A program made the translations under genes and the position numbers. Under the pieces are notes generated by a model, which did not search any database, was not told the DNA's origin, and saw only the letters and a list, made by a program, of their open reading frames with translations. 64,000 bases of DNA from a virus (lineage: Duplodnaviria > Heunggongvirae > Uroviricota > Caudoviricetes), in IMG/VR virus record IMGVR_UViG_3300046542_000259. The stretch is one strand, 5' to 3'. Below, one piece after another: positions 8,907 through 18,579 of this stretch. Within the stretch, counting starts at the first letter, position 1, and each line of letters starts with the position of its first letter.

Positions 8907-9112
8907 TGAAAGTCTCTGACATGAATTGTTGTGCCGAAGACCCTCATCTTAGAACTAAGATTGAGCTTGTCGTGGCGAGACACAAACCAGCGATGAATAC
9001 CATTATTGAACAAGCTGAGTCATACGCGGCTGAGACCCGGAAACAAATTGATAGTATTAGCGATCCAGTGCTGCGACAGAGCGTGCTAGATGAATTGAAG
9101 AGTCATATTTGA
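8906..9112 (+). CDS. Hypothetical protein
   Basis: Coupled ORF (TAATG). Confidence 0.3.
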   Translation: MKVSDMNCCAEDPHLRTKIELVVARHKPAMNTIIEQAESYAAETRKQIDSISDPVLRQSVLDELKSHI

Positions 9113-9408
9113 TGTTAACCTTAAATTTTTATTCGTTTAAAGAAAAAATGCCTAAGCATGGCGAAGAAATTCTTTATCTCGCTCAAACTAGTAGTTTTGG
9201 GTATGAGAGCTACGATCTTCAATATGTCACGGCGGAATATATGTGGGACGATGAAGAAGAAACCTGTATCACCTATACCGAAGGCGAAACTGCGCCAGAG
9301 GGTTTCGCCTTGGTCCTGACTCTCGATGGGTATCAGCCAGATAAAAATGAATTCTGGATCACTGATGCTGAATATTGGATCGCGTTTGAAAAGGCGCAAA
9401 AGTCGTGA
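9109..9408 (+). CDS. Hypothetical acidic protein
   Basis: Coupled ORF. Confidence 0.35.
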   Translation: MMLTLNFYSFKEKMPKHGEEILYLAQTSSFGYESYDLQYVTAEYMWDDEEETCITYTEGETAPEGFALVLTLDGYQPDKNEFWITDAEYWIAFEKAQKS

Positions 9409-9533
9409 ATGAGAGTAGCGGCACAATTGTAGCTGTCATGCCTAATATTTTTAATTCTAGAAAAGCAATTTTGGGTCCCCATAGTCAAGGGATCGAGCCT
9501 TATCATGACAGTGAATATACAAGGAGAGTTATA

Positions 9534-9974
9534 ATGGATGACGATAAACGTTGCGAAGAGACTAAGGCTGTGATTCAGCGTTACAAGGAACGATTGACTA
9601 ATTCCTTCGGCCCTACCAGAACGCTTACCGGTCTTCATGTTGATGTTGTTCCCGGTGCTGATCCGGGGGAACTGGAACGTGAATTGAGTAAGATACAAGA
9701 CCTATTTGATGTTAGAGCAAAGATTGATCCTCTCACGCTGGCGCAAGCCAAGATAGAGAGGTACGAGGTGCTTCTATCAAAGATTTCCGCATTAGGAAAG
9801 ACTAATATCAAAGATTTAGCGACTCAATCCTCAGAGGTTTTTGAATTAAAAAATCAAATTAATATTTTGACTTCTATGTTCACTGCGGAAAATATCTCCC
9901 ACGACATCGAATTTGCCACGAAACACGGAAGATTGCTGCCGGAGCAATATTATGGATGTGAGAAAGACGCGTAA
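9534..9974 (+). CDS. Hypothetical protein with a coiled-coil-like C-terminus
   Basis: ATG at 9534 preceded by AAGGAGAG. I prefer it over the upstream start of ORF 9405. Confidence 0.35.
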   Translation: MDDDKRCEETKAVIQRYKERLTNSFGPTRTLTGLHVDVVPGADPGELERELSKIQDLFDVRAKIDPLTLAQAKIERYEVLLSKISALGKTNIKDLATQSSEVFELKNQINILTSMFTAENISHDIEFATKHGRLLPEQYYGCEKDA

Positions 9975-10807
9975 TGACGGCAAAGTGGTGTATCGATGAG
10001 TATTTATTTGATAATAATCCGTTGTATCGAACCATACCCGATGTTTTTAAAGAATTAGGAATTACGTACCACATAGCCAAGTATGTACCTTTTGCCGAGA
10101 TTCAAGATTATGGTGGTTATGACAACGGCGATAACGTTGTTCTCTATGGCACTATTGGTTATATCAAGAAATGCCCGAAGCAATTCTATCCCGGCGCTTT
10201 TGGCTTCACGCCAAATCGTCAATGTAACGTCTATATGTCAAACATCCCTTACAATTGGTTCCTCAATTCTGACTATGTCATGCTCACTTGGGGTGATTTG
10301 AAGGCGCGTGGGACATGGATTTATAATCTCATGGATACGGATGAGATTTTCATCAGGCCGGTAAGTGGCGATAAGAGTTTTACAGGTCAAACCATTCATC
10401 GCTATGATTTCGCATACGAAATCAACACGTCTCAGCAACTAACCTCTGTAACCGATGAATCGATCATCATGATCGCACCGTCGAAGCGCAAACAGATCAT
10501 GGGTGAGTTTCGCTTCATCATTGGAGATGGTCAAGTCATAGCGGGCTCTGAGTATCGTTGGGACGGTAAGCTTGATGTGCGCCGCGATTATCCCGAAGAA
10601 TGTTCTGACATGGCTAGGCGTGTCGCTAAATTACCATGGCAACTCGATACGGTCTATACCTGTGACGTTGCGTTGATGGAAAATGGTGATCCAAAAATTG
10701 TAGAACTAAACAGTTTTGCCAGCGCGGGATGGTACGCCTGTGATCAGAAAAAAGTAATTAGCGCTGTAACAGATATAGCAGAAAGAGAATTTAATGGGAA
10801 GCTTTGA
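9974..10807 (+). CDS. Hypothetical protein, possible ATP-grasp-like C-terminus
   Basis: The C-terminal KIVELNSFASAGWY is an E-x-N-like motif. Support is weak. Confidence 0.25.
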   Translation: MTAKWCIDEYLFDNNPLYRTIPDVFKELGITYHIAKYVPFAEIQDYGGYDNGDNVVLYGTIGYIKKCPKQFYPGAFGFTPNRQCNVYMSNIPYNWFLNSDYVMLTWGDLKARGTWIYNLMDTDEIFIRPVSGDKSFTGQTIHRYDFAYEINTSQQLTSVTDESIIMIAPSKRKQIMGEFRFIIGDGQVIAGSEYRWDGKLDVRRDYPEECSDMARRVAKLPWQLDTVYTCDVALMENGDPKIVELNSFASAGWYACDQKKVISAVTDIAEREFNGKL

Positions 10808-11600
10808 TAAGGTATGTGGAATTTCTGGCATGACGATCCGGGGCGATGAGCCTTGCTACGTCACGGGCCTTGAGAAACAGAGGTTCGTGTACCGCAACGG
10901 CGCAAATATTTTTCACGTGGATCAGGAGTGGCAACCCATTTCTTTCCCACAACTCACAACGTATTATGATTATGGCTATATCGCTGAGGACTTTAAACCT
11001 TCTCCGTTGAATTTACTGCTTGGATTCGATGCGGGGCAGGCACAAAATAGTGATGAAAAGATGGAGGATGAAGAGGAAGACGGCGCTAAATATCGACTAG
11101 CAGATACTTTTTTTCTCGTACATAAGACCGTGCATGACACTTTTTCCAAAGAAATCATCGATCCAGATATTTTTGGGTATCGCAAAGAAATTTTGGAGCA
11201 AGGGCCAGAGTATTTCATCAAAGCTTTTGAAGATGCGAAGGAACTAGCCGCCTCAAGAGAACCGGAAAAACCTTACAAGTTCTCCATGTTCCCGCTGTAC
11301 CTAGAAAATACCAGAGCTTTTGGCTGGAAGATCAGTAAGATTGGTTGGAAGATACTTCATCAGGTCCAAGAGGATCAGTCTTTCGATTTCTTGGACCGTG
11401 CCATTGAATCTGGCCTAGCCGATGCTCTCTATCGACAATTCATTTTTGAGCAAAACATGGGTACTATGTGGAAACATTATAGACCCTCCAATTACGGCGG
11501 TCAACAAGACAACAGAGAGATTTATGAGGTTTTGGCCGACACGATTAAGAAAGTCTCGGCTGAGAAGTTAGAACGTGAAGCGCAATGGGAGAATGAGTAA
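10794..11600 (+). CDS. Hypothetical acidic protein
   Basis: Coupled ORF with an acidic stretch MEDEEEDG. Confidence 0.35.
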   Translation: MGSFDKVCGISGMTIRGDEPCYVTGLEKQRFVYRNGANIFHVDQEWQPISFPQLTTYYDYGYIAEDFKPSPLNLLLGFDAGQAQNSDEKMEDEEEDGAKYRLADTFFLVHKTVHDTFSKEIIDPDIFGYRKEILEQGPEYFIKAFEDAKELAASREPEKPYKFSMFPLYLENTRAFGWKISKIGWKILHQVQEDQSFDFLDRAIESGLADALYRQFIFEQNMGTMWKHYRPSNYGGQQDNREIYEVLADTIKKVSAEKLEREAQWENE

Positions 11601-11854
11601 TGGCGACAGGCGTAAATTTTAGCGGAACAAACCGCTTTTATGGCCCACCAGAAGGCATGGAAAATGAGGTTGTAGGTATTCCTGCCATGAAAACAGACAG
11701 GTGTATCGTAACGGCTTGGCAATTGACGCCAGAAGAACTGGCTGAGGTCGCCAAAACTGGAATCGTTTTCCTCTCTTTTATGAGTGAAAACCTCGTTCCT
11801 CACTATGTCGGAAGCGTCGTAAGCATGTCAGAATTTCTTGAATACGAAAAATAA
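11600..11854 (+). CDS. Hypothetical protein
   Basis: Coupled ORF (TAATG). Confidence 0.35.
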   Translation: MATGVNFSGTNRFYGPPEGMENEVVGIPAMKTDRCIVTAWQLTPEELAEVAKTGIVFLSFMSENLVPHYVGSVVSMSEFLEYEK

Positions 11855-12000
11855 TCGTTTAGAAACAATCATTTGTGAAAAAAGTGCTATCGCGACAAAA
11901 AAGTTTGGAACCTTGTTTGATTTGATGCATTATCTAGGCAGCACCGAAACAGAAAAATCCGGGGCACTTAGAGAGAAGCAACAAACATAGGAGACACGTC

Positions 12001-12420
12001 ATGACCGCATTGAACGAAATCAAAGTCAGCGACATCACTTGGAGCGGACGCACCAGAACGGCTCTTAAGAATGGGGGCCTGACCAACAAGACGCTGGCTG
12101 ATCTGGACCGGATCAAGCCTGAAGAATTCCTCTCCGTCAACCGCCTTGGCCGTGGATCGCTTCAGGAAATCAGTAATAAGATTGCTGATGCAAAATTGCG
12201 AAACGCTAGTGACAGATCAAAGGAACGTGAACTGAGGATGCAGGCTCGGCAGGAAAATACCGAAACGTCTAACGAGGTCGTCACCACGCCTGTTACCACG
12301 AAAGACAATACGAGCCGAATCGAAGTCGAAAGCGATGACGTTCTAGTCTTTGCCAACAAGCACCGCTCCACGATTCAGGCGCTGATGAATGGTGAAATGG
12401 TCTTAACGCTTCGCCCATAG
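12001..12420 (+). CDS. Protein with an N-terminal RNA polymerase alpha-subunit CTD-like (helix-hairpin-helix) domain
   Basis: Residues about 5-65 align by eye with the E. coli RpoA CTD ([55 protein letters not shown]). Confidence 0.4.
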   Translation: MTALNEIKVSDITWSGRTRTALKNGGLTNKTLADLDRIKPEEFLSVNRLGRGSLQEISNKIADAKLRNASDRSKERELRMQARQENTETSNEVVTTPVTTKDNTSRIEVESDDVLVFANKHRSTIQALMNGEMVLTLRP

Positions 12421-12456
12421 ACCTAAGCCGGCTCCACCAAAAGTGGTACATGGGGC

Positions 12457-12485
12457 TTGACAAAATCACTAAGTTCTGCTAAATA
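12457..12485 (+). promoter_or_regulatory. sigma70-like promoter
   Basis: TTGACA (12457-12462), 17 nt, TAAATA (12480-12485). Confidence 0.4.
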
Positions 12486-12519
12486 CTCCCTTCAATTGAT
12501 TTTGAGGGGAGTATTTTTT
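12484..12519 (+). terminator. Intrinsic terminator overlapping the promoter -10
   Basis: TACTCCC / 16-nt loop / GGGAGTA, followed by TTTTTT. Confidence 0.5.
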
Positions 12520-12814
12520 GGCAAATAAAATTACGTTTCAAAATAAACCCGCCTATCAAGAAGGCCCATTTGCTTTGGTCAAGGATGACTCGGATGGCCT
12601 GTGGCGGGTTTACCACATACAGACTGGTAAATTGTGTATGTGGATAATACAGCCTTTCAAACAAAAGCGCGATGCCCTAAGTTATGCTGAAGCTCTGGCC
12701 CAATCACGTTTTGATTGGAACGTCAATAGTGATACAGAACTAGTTGACCGAAACGGGGTAGAGCCGATATACGCCTATTTGTCACAAATTTATTGGGGAA
12801 TGGAGAAGAAATGA
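12518..12814 (+). CDS. Hypothetical protein
   Basis: ORF after the promoter/terminator unit. Confidence 0.35.
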   Translation: MANKITFQNKPAYQEGPFALVKDDSDGLWRVYHIQTGKLCMWIIQPFKQKRDALSYAEALAQSRFDWNVNSDTELVDRNGVEPIYAYLSQIYWGMEKK

Positions 12815-13044
12815 GTCGCTGGAATGCTACGGTTCGGTACAAGCCTACAGATGACACGGAGAAAACGAAAGTTTTTGGCTTTGATGACACGGACCAACTA
12901 GAAAACATTATTAATAGTTTCGATTGGTTCTGCGTCATAGACATCAACATAAAGTATATCAACAACAACGGTAAGATTTTGAGCATGGCCCATCTCTTGT
13001 CCCAAAACGACCTAGAGATGACATCCAGCCAAGCGTTTCACTAA
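12793..13044 (+). CDS. Hypothetical protein
   Basis: Overlapping coupled ORF. Confidence 0.3.
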   Translation: MGNGEEMSRWNATVRYKPTDDTEKTKVFGFDDTDQLENIINSFDWFCVIDINIKYINNNGKILSMAHLLSQNDLEMTSSQAFH

Positions 13045-13055
13045 AAATATCATGA

Positions 13056-13090
13056 TCCCTCCCTGAGCGAGACAGGGAGGGATTTATTTT
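13056..13090 (+). terminator. Rho-independent terminator
   Basis: TCCCTCCCTG / AGCGAGA / CAGGGAGGGA, followed by TTTATTTT. Confidence 0.7.
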
Positions 13091-13111
13091 AAAAATTTTT
13101 AAAAGGAATAA

Positions 13112-13429
13112 TTGGGAGATAATCCAATGAAATGTCGCTGCGGAGCAAGAGTGGTTCAACTCTCCTACGGGCTTGGCTGTCCCAACAGCCAAAAGGAAGA
13201 CGAGCTATTTGTCTACCATGACATAGAGGCTCAACGCTTCCCTCCCGAAGCTTTGAACTGGATCGTGATTCAGGAAGAATACCAATTTCGCCCCTGCGCC
13301 GGGGGCGAGAAAGGCCCAAAACTTTTCCCTACTGAAAAAGAAGCATGGCAGGAACTAGAAAACCTATATTGGGGACACTCAGATTGGGAGTGGCCCGATG
13401 ATCAAACACAAGAGGAATATATTTTATGA
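13112..13429 (+). CDS. Hypothetical protein with an N-terminal Cys cluster
   Basis: KCRCGARVV...GCPNSQ and ...RPCAGG. A possible zinc ribbon. Confidence 0.3.
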   Translation: MGDNPMKCRCGARVVQLSYGLGCPNSQKEDELFVYHDIEAQRFPPEALNWIVIQEEYQFRPCAGGEKGPKLFPTEKEAWQELENLYWGHSDWEWPDDQTQEEYIL

Positions 13430-13812
13430 CAATTAGAGCAAATTCGGAATGGCTTTACCATGGCACACTGTTTGCCACGGCGGTCCAAGATTCTTTTGGT
13501 ACGATCAAATTGACCATGACAAGGGGCACGTATGACGTTGAGCCTACTTCTGTCGGAGATTCATGGTTTTGGCAAGGCACTGACGAAGATTTCCTTTTAC
13601 ATTGGACCTTTGTCCAAGAAGTTGATCCTACCATCCCTTCGATCTGGATCAACGTGATTCGCTGGGCCGATGGAACAACGTCTTTTGATCATAGCGAGCC
13701 TTTCAAGAGCCGGGAAGAGGCTGTAACGGCGTTTAAAGCTGAGCCTTATGACATTGATACCAATGAGCCCTGTGAGCTTGTCGATACGGTCGAGGTGACT
13801 TGGCGTGGGTGA
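13426..13812 (+). CDS. Hypothetical protein
   Basis: Coupled ORF. Confidence 0.35.
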   Translation: MTIRANSEWLYHGTLFATAVQDSFGTIKLTMTRGTYDVEPTSVGDSWFWQGTDEDFLLHWTFVQEVDPTIPSIWINVIRWADGTTSFDHSEPFKSREEAVTAFKAEPYDIDTNEPCELVDTVEVTWRG

Positions 13813-14437
13813 AAAATATAGGATTATTGGCGACGTGCATGGAAAAATGGGCCAATACCTCGCCATCTTGGACCACGCCAAGATTAAAGGCATTGAGCGC
13901 TCGATTCAGGTAGGGGATTTCGGAATAGGATTTCAACCTAACCCTGTAGAACTTTATGACGTACACAACCACTGGTTTATTCGTGGCAACCATGATTCCC
14001 CAATGGGATGCCGTGACGAGCCTAATTACATCCCTGACGGGACGTTTTGGGAAAAAGAATCCATCATGTTCGTGGGCGGCGCAGTTTCCATCGATAAAGA
14101 ATATAGAACTCCCGGCGTGTCGTGGTGGGAAGATGAAGAGCTTTCCATGGAGGAGCTTTACAACATTTATGACAAATACGTGATGACCAAACCTCGTGTC
14201 ATGATCACTCACGAAACGCCTGAGTTTATCGCGGATCAAGTCATGGCTTCGGTGAGTCGTACCAAGTATGAAATATCGAGTAGAACTAGGCAGTGTTTCC
14301 AGTCCATGTTTGAAAGCTCTGGACACAAGCCGGACGAATGGTATTTTGGGCATTGGCACGTTAATTTTGATAGAGTCATCCTAGGCACTAGATTTGTATG
14401 CCTAAATGAGCTACACTATATAGATATTGAGTTATGA
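13805..14437 (+). CDS. Calcineurin-like metallophosphoesterase
   Basis: GDVHG, GDFGIG and GNHD motifs appear in order. GTG start. Confidence 0.5.
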   Translation: MGEKYRIIGDVHGKMGQYLAILDHAKIKGIERSIQVGDFGIGFQPNPVELYDVHNHWFIRGNHDSPMGCRDEPNYIPDGTFWEKESIMFVGGAVSIDKEYRTPGVSWWEDEELSMEELYNIYDKYVMTKPRVMITHETPEFIADQVMASVSRTKYEISSRTRQCFQSMFESSGHKPDEWYFGHWHVNFDRVILGTRFVCLNELHYIDIEL

Positions 14438-15550
14438 TTTAGGTAATCTACCGTACACCCAACCTGAAGGAATTTCTTCTTGTCTAGGATGTTTTTTACA
14501 GGTAATTCCATTATTTATCAAACATGTGGAAAAATCTCTATTTTTAAGAATTTTTGTTTTGCCTAAGTAAAAATTAACAGGTATTGGGCTGGTTTCATAT
14601 ATTTTTCTATTGATCCTTCCATTTGTTATCCAAATTTGTTTACGTCTCAAAACCCCTAATTTAAAACCTTCCGGTATAGGATCAATAGCTTCATGTCTAA
14701 TGTTCTCTTTTCCATTATTTATCCAAATAGTGCCAAAATTAGAGTTATTGAAACCAGAAGTATCTTTTTTAGTCATACCTCTATACCAATTATCTGGAAT
14801 TATAAAATCTTTTTCCACAGTTAAATTACTATATCCGTCAGTAATAGTAATTTTATTTAGCTTCGGATGCACCCAACCATTCTCATATCTTTGTAAAGTA
14901 TCAGCTCTATTTTTCTCCCTACCTTCAATTGTTTTTGAATAAATCATTCCATATTTTTCATTCATAGTTTCATGCATTTTTTCTATTATAGAATCTCTGA
15001 TTTCTGGTATTTTGGTAATATGATCTACTCCGTAATTTTTTAATATGGTATTTTTCACCTTTTCTTTACTTTCAGGTAGTTGTGCCCAAAAGTCTACGCC
15101 ATATCTTTCTCTACAGGTTTGTTTTGTTCTTTCAATTTGGATAATTAATTTGCTCTTCTTTTTATCATATTTTTCTGACAGGATTTTTAAAATTTCTTCT
15201 TCTATTAAAATGTTTTCATCTAAGTGATCGTCCAAGACCTTCTCACATTTTGCGTGTGTTCCAGATTTATTACCAACCCCGCCGGGGATTTGATTATAAT
15301 TGCTAGACAATTTTATAAAATCTAGTGTAACCAATTCTTCTTCTTTGTCAGAAGCTTCTTTAAGAGTATCAAAAATAAATAGAATTCTTTTATTAAAGTG
15401 TTCTCTACCATATTTCTTGATAGCTTGTTTAATAATATTACCAGAACCTAAATACGTGTCGTGAATATTTTTAGTTCTATGGATTCCTATGTAAATTTTT
15501 CCATTGACTAAATTAGTTGTCTCGTATACTGTGTAATAAATTTTTTGCAT
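14432..15550 (-). CDS. GIY-YIG homing endonuclease (Seg/I-TevI-like) with C-terminal NUMOD-like repeats
   Basis: The N-terminus reads YYTVYETTNLVNGKIYIGIHRT. The C-terminus has repeated xWINNG/WITNG/LINNG motifs. The gene sits on the minus strand within a + region, and its locus is very AT-rich (14.4-15.7 kb). Confidence 0.7.
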   Translation of the reverse strand: MQKIYYTVYETTNLVNGKIYIGIHRTKNIHDTYLGSGNIIKQAIKKYGREHFNKRILFIFDTLKEASDKEEELVTLDFIKLSSNYNQIPGGVGNKSGTHAKCEKVLDDHLDENILIEEEILKILSEKYDKKKSKLIIQIERTKQTCRERYGVDFWAQLPESKEKVKNTILKNYGVDHITKIPEIRDSIIEKMHETMNEKYGMIYSKTIEGREKNRADTLQRYENGWVHPKLNKITITDGYSNLTVEKDFIIPDNWYRGMTKKDTSGFNNSNFGTIWINNGKENIRHEAIDPIPEGFKLGVLRRKQIWITNGRINRKIYETSPIPVNFYLGKTKILKNRDFSTCLINNGITCKKHPRQEEIPSGWVYGRLPKS

Positions 15551-15695
15551 TAATTCAACTGTCCGATTAAATTAATTATTATAGCATATTAAATTTTAAA
15601 AGTCAAGTTTAATTATTTGTTTTGTCCTCTACTTGACAAGAGCTATTAATTAAATTAACGACTTTAGTCGTGGTTACTAACTATGGAGCTTTGAG

Positions 15696-15905
15696 ATGAC
15701 AAACGTGGTTGACATTAAGCAATTTAAGACACATAAGAACGTCGTCACACCCAAACCAAAAGAATTTGTGTTTGGCTGTAGATATCAGCTAGACGGGGTA
15801 GAGCTTGAACTAGAAATTGTCGCCACGAGTTACATGGATGCTCAAATCAAGCTCAAAGCCATCAGAGAAACAGCACTTGTTAAAGTCAAAAAGAGGGAGA
15901 TTTAA
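15696..15905 (+). CDS. Hypothetical protein
   Basis: ORF preceded by GGAG. Confidence 0.3.
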   Translation: MTNVVDIKQFKTHKNVVTPKPKEFVFGCRYQLDGVELELEIVATSYMDAQIKLKAIRETALVKVKKREI

Positions 15906-16040
15906 AATGATCAAGAATCTGAAGTCTCTGTTACAGACAAAGAAAAGCGTTTCGTGTAACACAAAGTGATTGACAGTAGCCCTTAAATGGGCTACTGCTG
16001 TTTTTAAGTGATTAAGTATTGGAGGTGAGAACAAATTCTA

Positions 16041-16241
16041 ATGAATAAAACACTCGTATCACTTGTCGTAGTCTATCTACTCATTGGTCTGGCGTTTCAA
16101 AAAGAATATGATGATCGCTTTAACCGAATCTGCTACAGTAATAACTATCCCGGTGCCTCAGCGATTGTTCTCCTTTGGCCAAAATTCATGTATAACAGAG
16201 TGTTCGATAAAGATGCCCCGTTCGTAGTTTCTTGTCGTTAA
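16041..16241 (+). CDS. Small membrane protein
   Basis: N-terminal hydrophobic span LVSLVVVYLLIGLAF. Confidence 0.3.
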   Translation: MNKTLVSLVVVYLLIGLAFQKEYDDRFNRICYSNNYPGASAIVLLWPKFMYNRVFDKDAPFVVSCR

Positions 16242-16471
16242 CAGAAAAGGAGATTGAAATGGCCCGATATAACAATTCAATGACTACTAATAAATTGATG
16301 AATCTTGCTCTTTCGGAGCCGGATCAATATTACGAAATTAATAAAGGCGAAGATACTATCGGCGTCGGAATTACCTTTGTCGGTACAGTGGTTTGGTTCA
16401 TCAATAATCGGATGACGACGGAAGAAGGCGTGGCGGAAGTTATGGCTCGATGGGCCGTAGAAGGGGTTTGA
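16232..16471 (+). CDS. Hypothetical protein
   Basis: ORF with AAGGAG upstream. Confidence 0.35.
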   Translation: MSLTEKEIEMARYNNSMTTNKLMNLALSEPDQYYEINKGEDTIGVGITFVGTVVWFINNRMTTEEGVAEVMARWAVEGV

Positions 16472-16592
16472 TTTTTGATTAAGAAGTGGCCAGAAAGCGC
16501 TTCTAACATTAGAGACACAGATTTGCTTTCAATTATTAGGTACTCCGAAATATTTAAAACAAAAGCGTAGAAGAACTTTACGAAAAATTTAG

Positions 16593-16621
16593 CTTGACAA
16601 AATGAGATTTCTATGTTGTAA
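16593..16621 (+). promoter_or_regulatory. sigma70-like promoter
   Basis: TTGACA (16593-16598), 17 nt, TGTAAT (16616-16621). Confidence 0.45.
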
Positions 16622-16666
16622 TGACTGACAATATAAAAATTGAAGAGTTTGAAAGAGACTAAAGAC

Positions 16667-17035
16667 ATGACTAACCTTACAAGTAGTGAAGATGCAGTTG
16701 TTGGCGATATAGTCGAATATATTGGTGGAGGCGATGAATATTTTAGTAAAGAATTCTTCACCGTAGGAACACATTACGTCGTCGGCGGCAAGTATTACAA
16801 GTATTACGATGACTACGTTGGCGTGATCGAAGATGATAGAGGCAAACCAGACGGCCATCATTTTAGCAGATTTAAAAAAGTTGATTCTCTCAGCGTAGAG
16901 CCACCAGCTTTTGATGAATTCGATCCATGGTGGAACAAGTATTATCCTCAAGAATATGGACACAACTCTGAGTTCCGTGACATCGTGACACGACATGCAA
17001 GGCGTGCGTTTGAACAAGGGAAACGTTCACAATGA
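16667..17035 (+). CDS. Hypothetical protein
   Basis: ATG at 16667 within listed ORF 16640..17035. Confidence 0.35.
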   Translation: MTNLTSSEDAVVGDIVEYIGGGDEYFSKEFFTVGTHYVVGGKYYKYYDDYVGVIEDDRGKPDGHHFSRFKKVDSLSVEPPAFDEFDPWWNKYYPQEYGHNSEFRDIVTRHARRAFEQGKRSQ

Positions 17036-17217
17036 ATTGGAACCATGTCATTTTCTGGTTACAGACGTTCGCCGTTGATCTGTTTTTCTCCTTCATAATC
17101 TTCCTCGCCATCTTCGGCGCGGCGTTCTTGCTTCAGCCGTCTGATTTATTTCTCACCATAGCGATATGGATCATTTCGTTCGCCGCGTATAGCGCGACAC
17201 GTCGTTATAAATTCTAA
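17032..17217 (+). CDS. Small membrane protein
   Basis: Two hydrophobic spans. Coupled ATGA start. Confidence 0.3.
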   Translation: MNWNHVIFWLQTFAVDLFFSFIIFLAIFGAAFLLQPSDLFLTIAIWIISFAAYSATRRYKF

Positions 17218-17230
17218 ACAGGATAGCTAA

Positions 17231-17518
17231 ATGAATCTTTATAAATTTTATTGGGACTGCGGACGTATGGGCGATGTTGAAGGTCTTTTCGCCGCGAACC
17301 AAGAAGACATTGATAGCGCCATTGGTAAAGAGATTTACTTCGGTGAAATTCTCGGCAAACATTCAGAAATTTATGGTAAATTAGATGCCTATGATTTGAC
17401 AAAACTAGAAGTTCCTGAAGATGTTGTAGCCCTCTTGGTTAAGGAACTGGATGGTCCAAATATCAGTGGATATAATCCGCTAGACTATCTCCCTGAAGAA
17501 TATGAGGATGAAGAATAA
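17231..17518 (+). CDS. Hypothetical acidic protein
   Basis: ORF with no recognised motif. Confidence 0.35.
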   Translation: MNLYKFYWDCGRMGDVEGLFAANQEDIDSAIGKEIYFGEILGKHSEIYGKLDAYDLTKLEVPEDVVALLVKELDGPNISGYNPLDYLPEEYEDEE

Positions 17519-17548
17519 TGTCGATTGATGTAAAAACGAAGTAAACCG

Positions 17549-18124
17549 TTGAATAAAGATGAATTAATAAGTCAAACCGTATTGAAAGAACTGTTAGAGT
17601 ACAACCCAGAATCCGGCAAGCTTTACTGGAAGAGGCGGGACCTATCTTGGTTCGAGGATGGCCCAAGATTTTCGGCTCAAGCCATCTGTAATGTGTGGAA
17701 TGCTAATAGAGCCGAAAAAGAAGCTTTTACTAAGCTTAACGCTCAAGGCTATTTTGTCGGAGTATTGTCTAGAAACCATTTTTTAGGTAAGGAATTTCGG
17801 GCAAATAGAATAATTTGGTTGTGGAATTATGGTTATTTGCCACCGGTGGTGGAACATATTAATGGGATTAGGTCTGACAATAGGCTTCATAACCTCCGAG
17901 ACGCCACACAATTAATAAACATGCAGAACGTGGCGCGAAGTATTAAGAATAAAAGTGGGACTACAGGAATTTTTTGGCGGGAAGATAAGCAGAGATGGGT
18001 AGCATATATTAATCAAAATGGTGTACGTTACTATTTAGGCCATTTTTTAAACGAACAAGACGCTATCAATGCAAGAAAACATGCTGCTACAGAAATGGGT
18101 TTTGGTCCCAACCATGGAAAATAA
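17549..18124 (+). CDS. HNH (HNH_3-type) homing endonuclease with a C-terminal AP2-like DNA-binding domain
   Basis: EHINGIRSDNRLHNLR, then GIFWREDKQRWVAYINQNGVRYYLGHF...AINARKHAA. TTG start. Confidence 0.55.
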   Translation: MNKDELISQTVLKELLEYNPESGKLYWKRRDLSWFEDGPRFSAQAICNVWNANRAEKEAFTKLNAQGYFVGVLSRNHFLGKEFRANRIIWLWNYGYLPPVVEHINGIRSDNRLHNLRDATQLINMQNVARSIKNKSGTTGIFWREDKQRWVAYINQNGVRYYLGHFLNEQDAINARKHAATEMGFGPNHGK

Positions 18125-18135
18125 GGATTTAAATA

Positions 18136-18549
18136 ATGACTATTAATTATAAGTGGCTCACATTCAACTGTGTCACGCTGTTTATCATGGCTTTTTTAAT
18201 TCAGTTCTACGACGTTTTTAATCTCGTCTGGATCATGGATAAAACACATGTCACCCTTGGCATTACAGCGATCTACTTCCTATGTTCTGGTTATCTAGGA
18301 TGCATGGGCGACAAAGCTAATTTCAAAGCCGTGTCGTATTACTGCTCCCGCCTTCCCGCATTAGGGCTTATTGGCACATTGACCGCGATCTATATGATGA
18401 TGGATGGAGCAAAAGACTTGGAAGCGTTCCGCGCCAATATTATGCCAGAACTAGCTCCGGTGTTCCTAACCGCGCTTTTCGGCATTGGTTCCAGCTATCT
18501 CATGGATATGCAAATCGGCTCTTGCTTTTCTCAGTACGAGAAAGAATAA
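18136..18549 (+). CDS. MotA/TolQ/ExbB-family-like small membrane protein (minimal)
   Basis: Four hydrophobic segments. LPALGLIGTLTAI matches the conserved LPF[VI]GL[LF]GTV[WI]G signature of TolQ/ExbB as I recall it. Confidence 0.4.
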   Translation: MTINYKWLTFNCVTLFIMAFLIQFYDVFNLVWIMDKTHVTLGITAIYFLCSGYLGCMGDKANFKAVSYYCSRLPALGLIGTLTAIYMMMDGAKDLEAFRANIMPELAPVFLTALFGIGSSYLMDMQIGSCFSQYEKE

Positions 18550-18579
18550 ATACCTCTAAGTTTCAAGGGATTTAGGCCA

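Noticed and set aside
9405-9533. Upstream extension of ORF 9405..9974
   Set aside because: A strong RBS and ATG at 9534 make the shorter gene more likely. The upstream 43 codons overlap nothing and are probably intergenic.
11905-11925. sigma54-like TGGAAC-N5-TTGAT motif
   Set aside because: The -12 element has TTGAT instead of TTGC. It is a single weak occurrence with no enhancer-binding-protein context.
4574-12611. 13-nt exact repeat CCTGTGGCGGGTT (4574-4586 in the terminator at 4571 and 12598-12610 inside ORF 12518..12814)
   Set aside because: Only two copies, one inside a terminator stem and one inside a coding region, with no extended similarity. Probably chance plus a GC-rich stem sequence.
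13733-14359. 208-aa minus-strand ORF antisense to the metallophosphoesterase gene
   Set aside because: The + strand frame carries clear GDVHG/GNHD motifs and sits in the co-directional gene array. The antisense frame has no motif or RBS.
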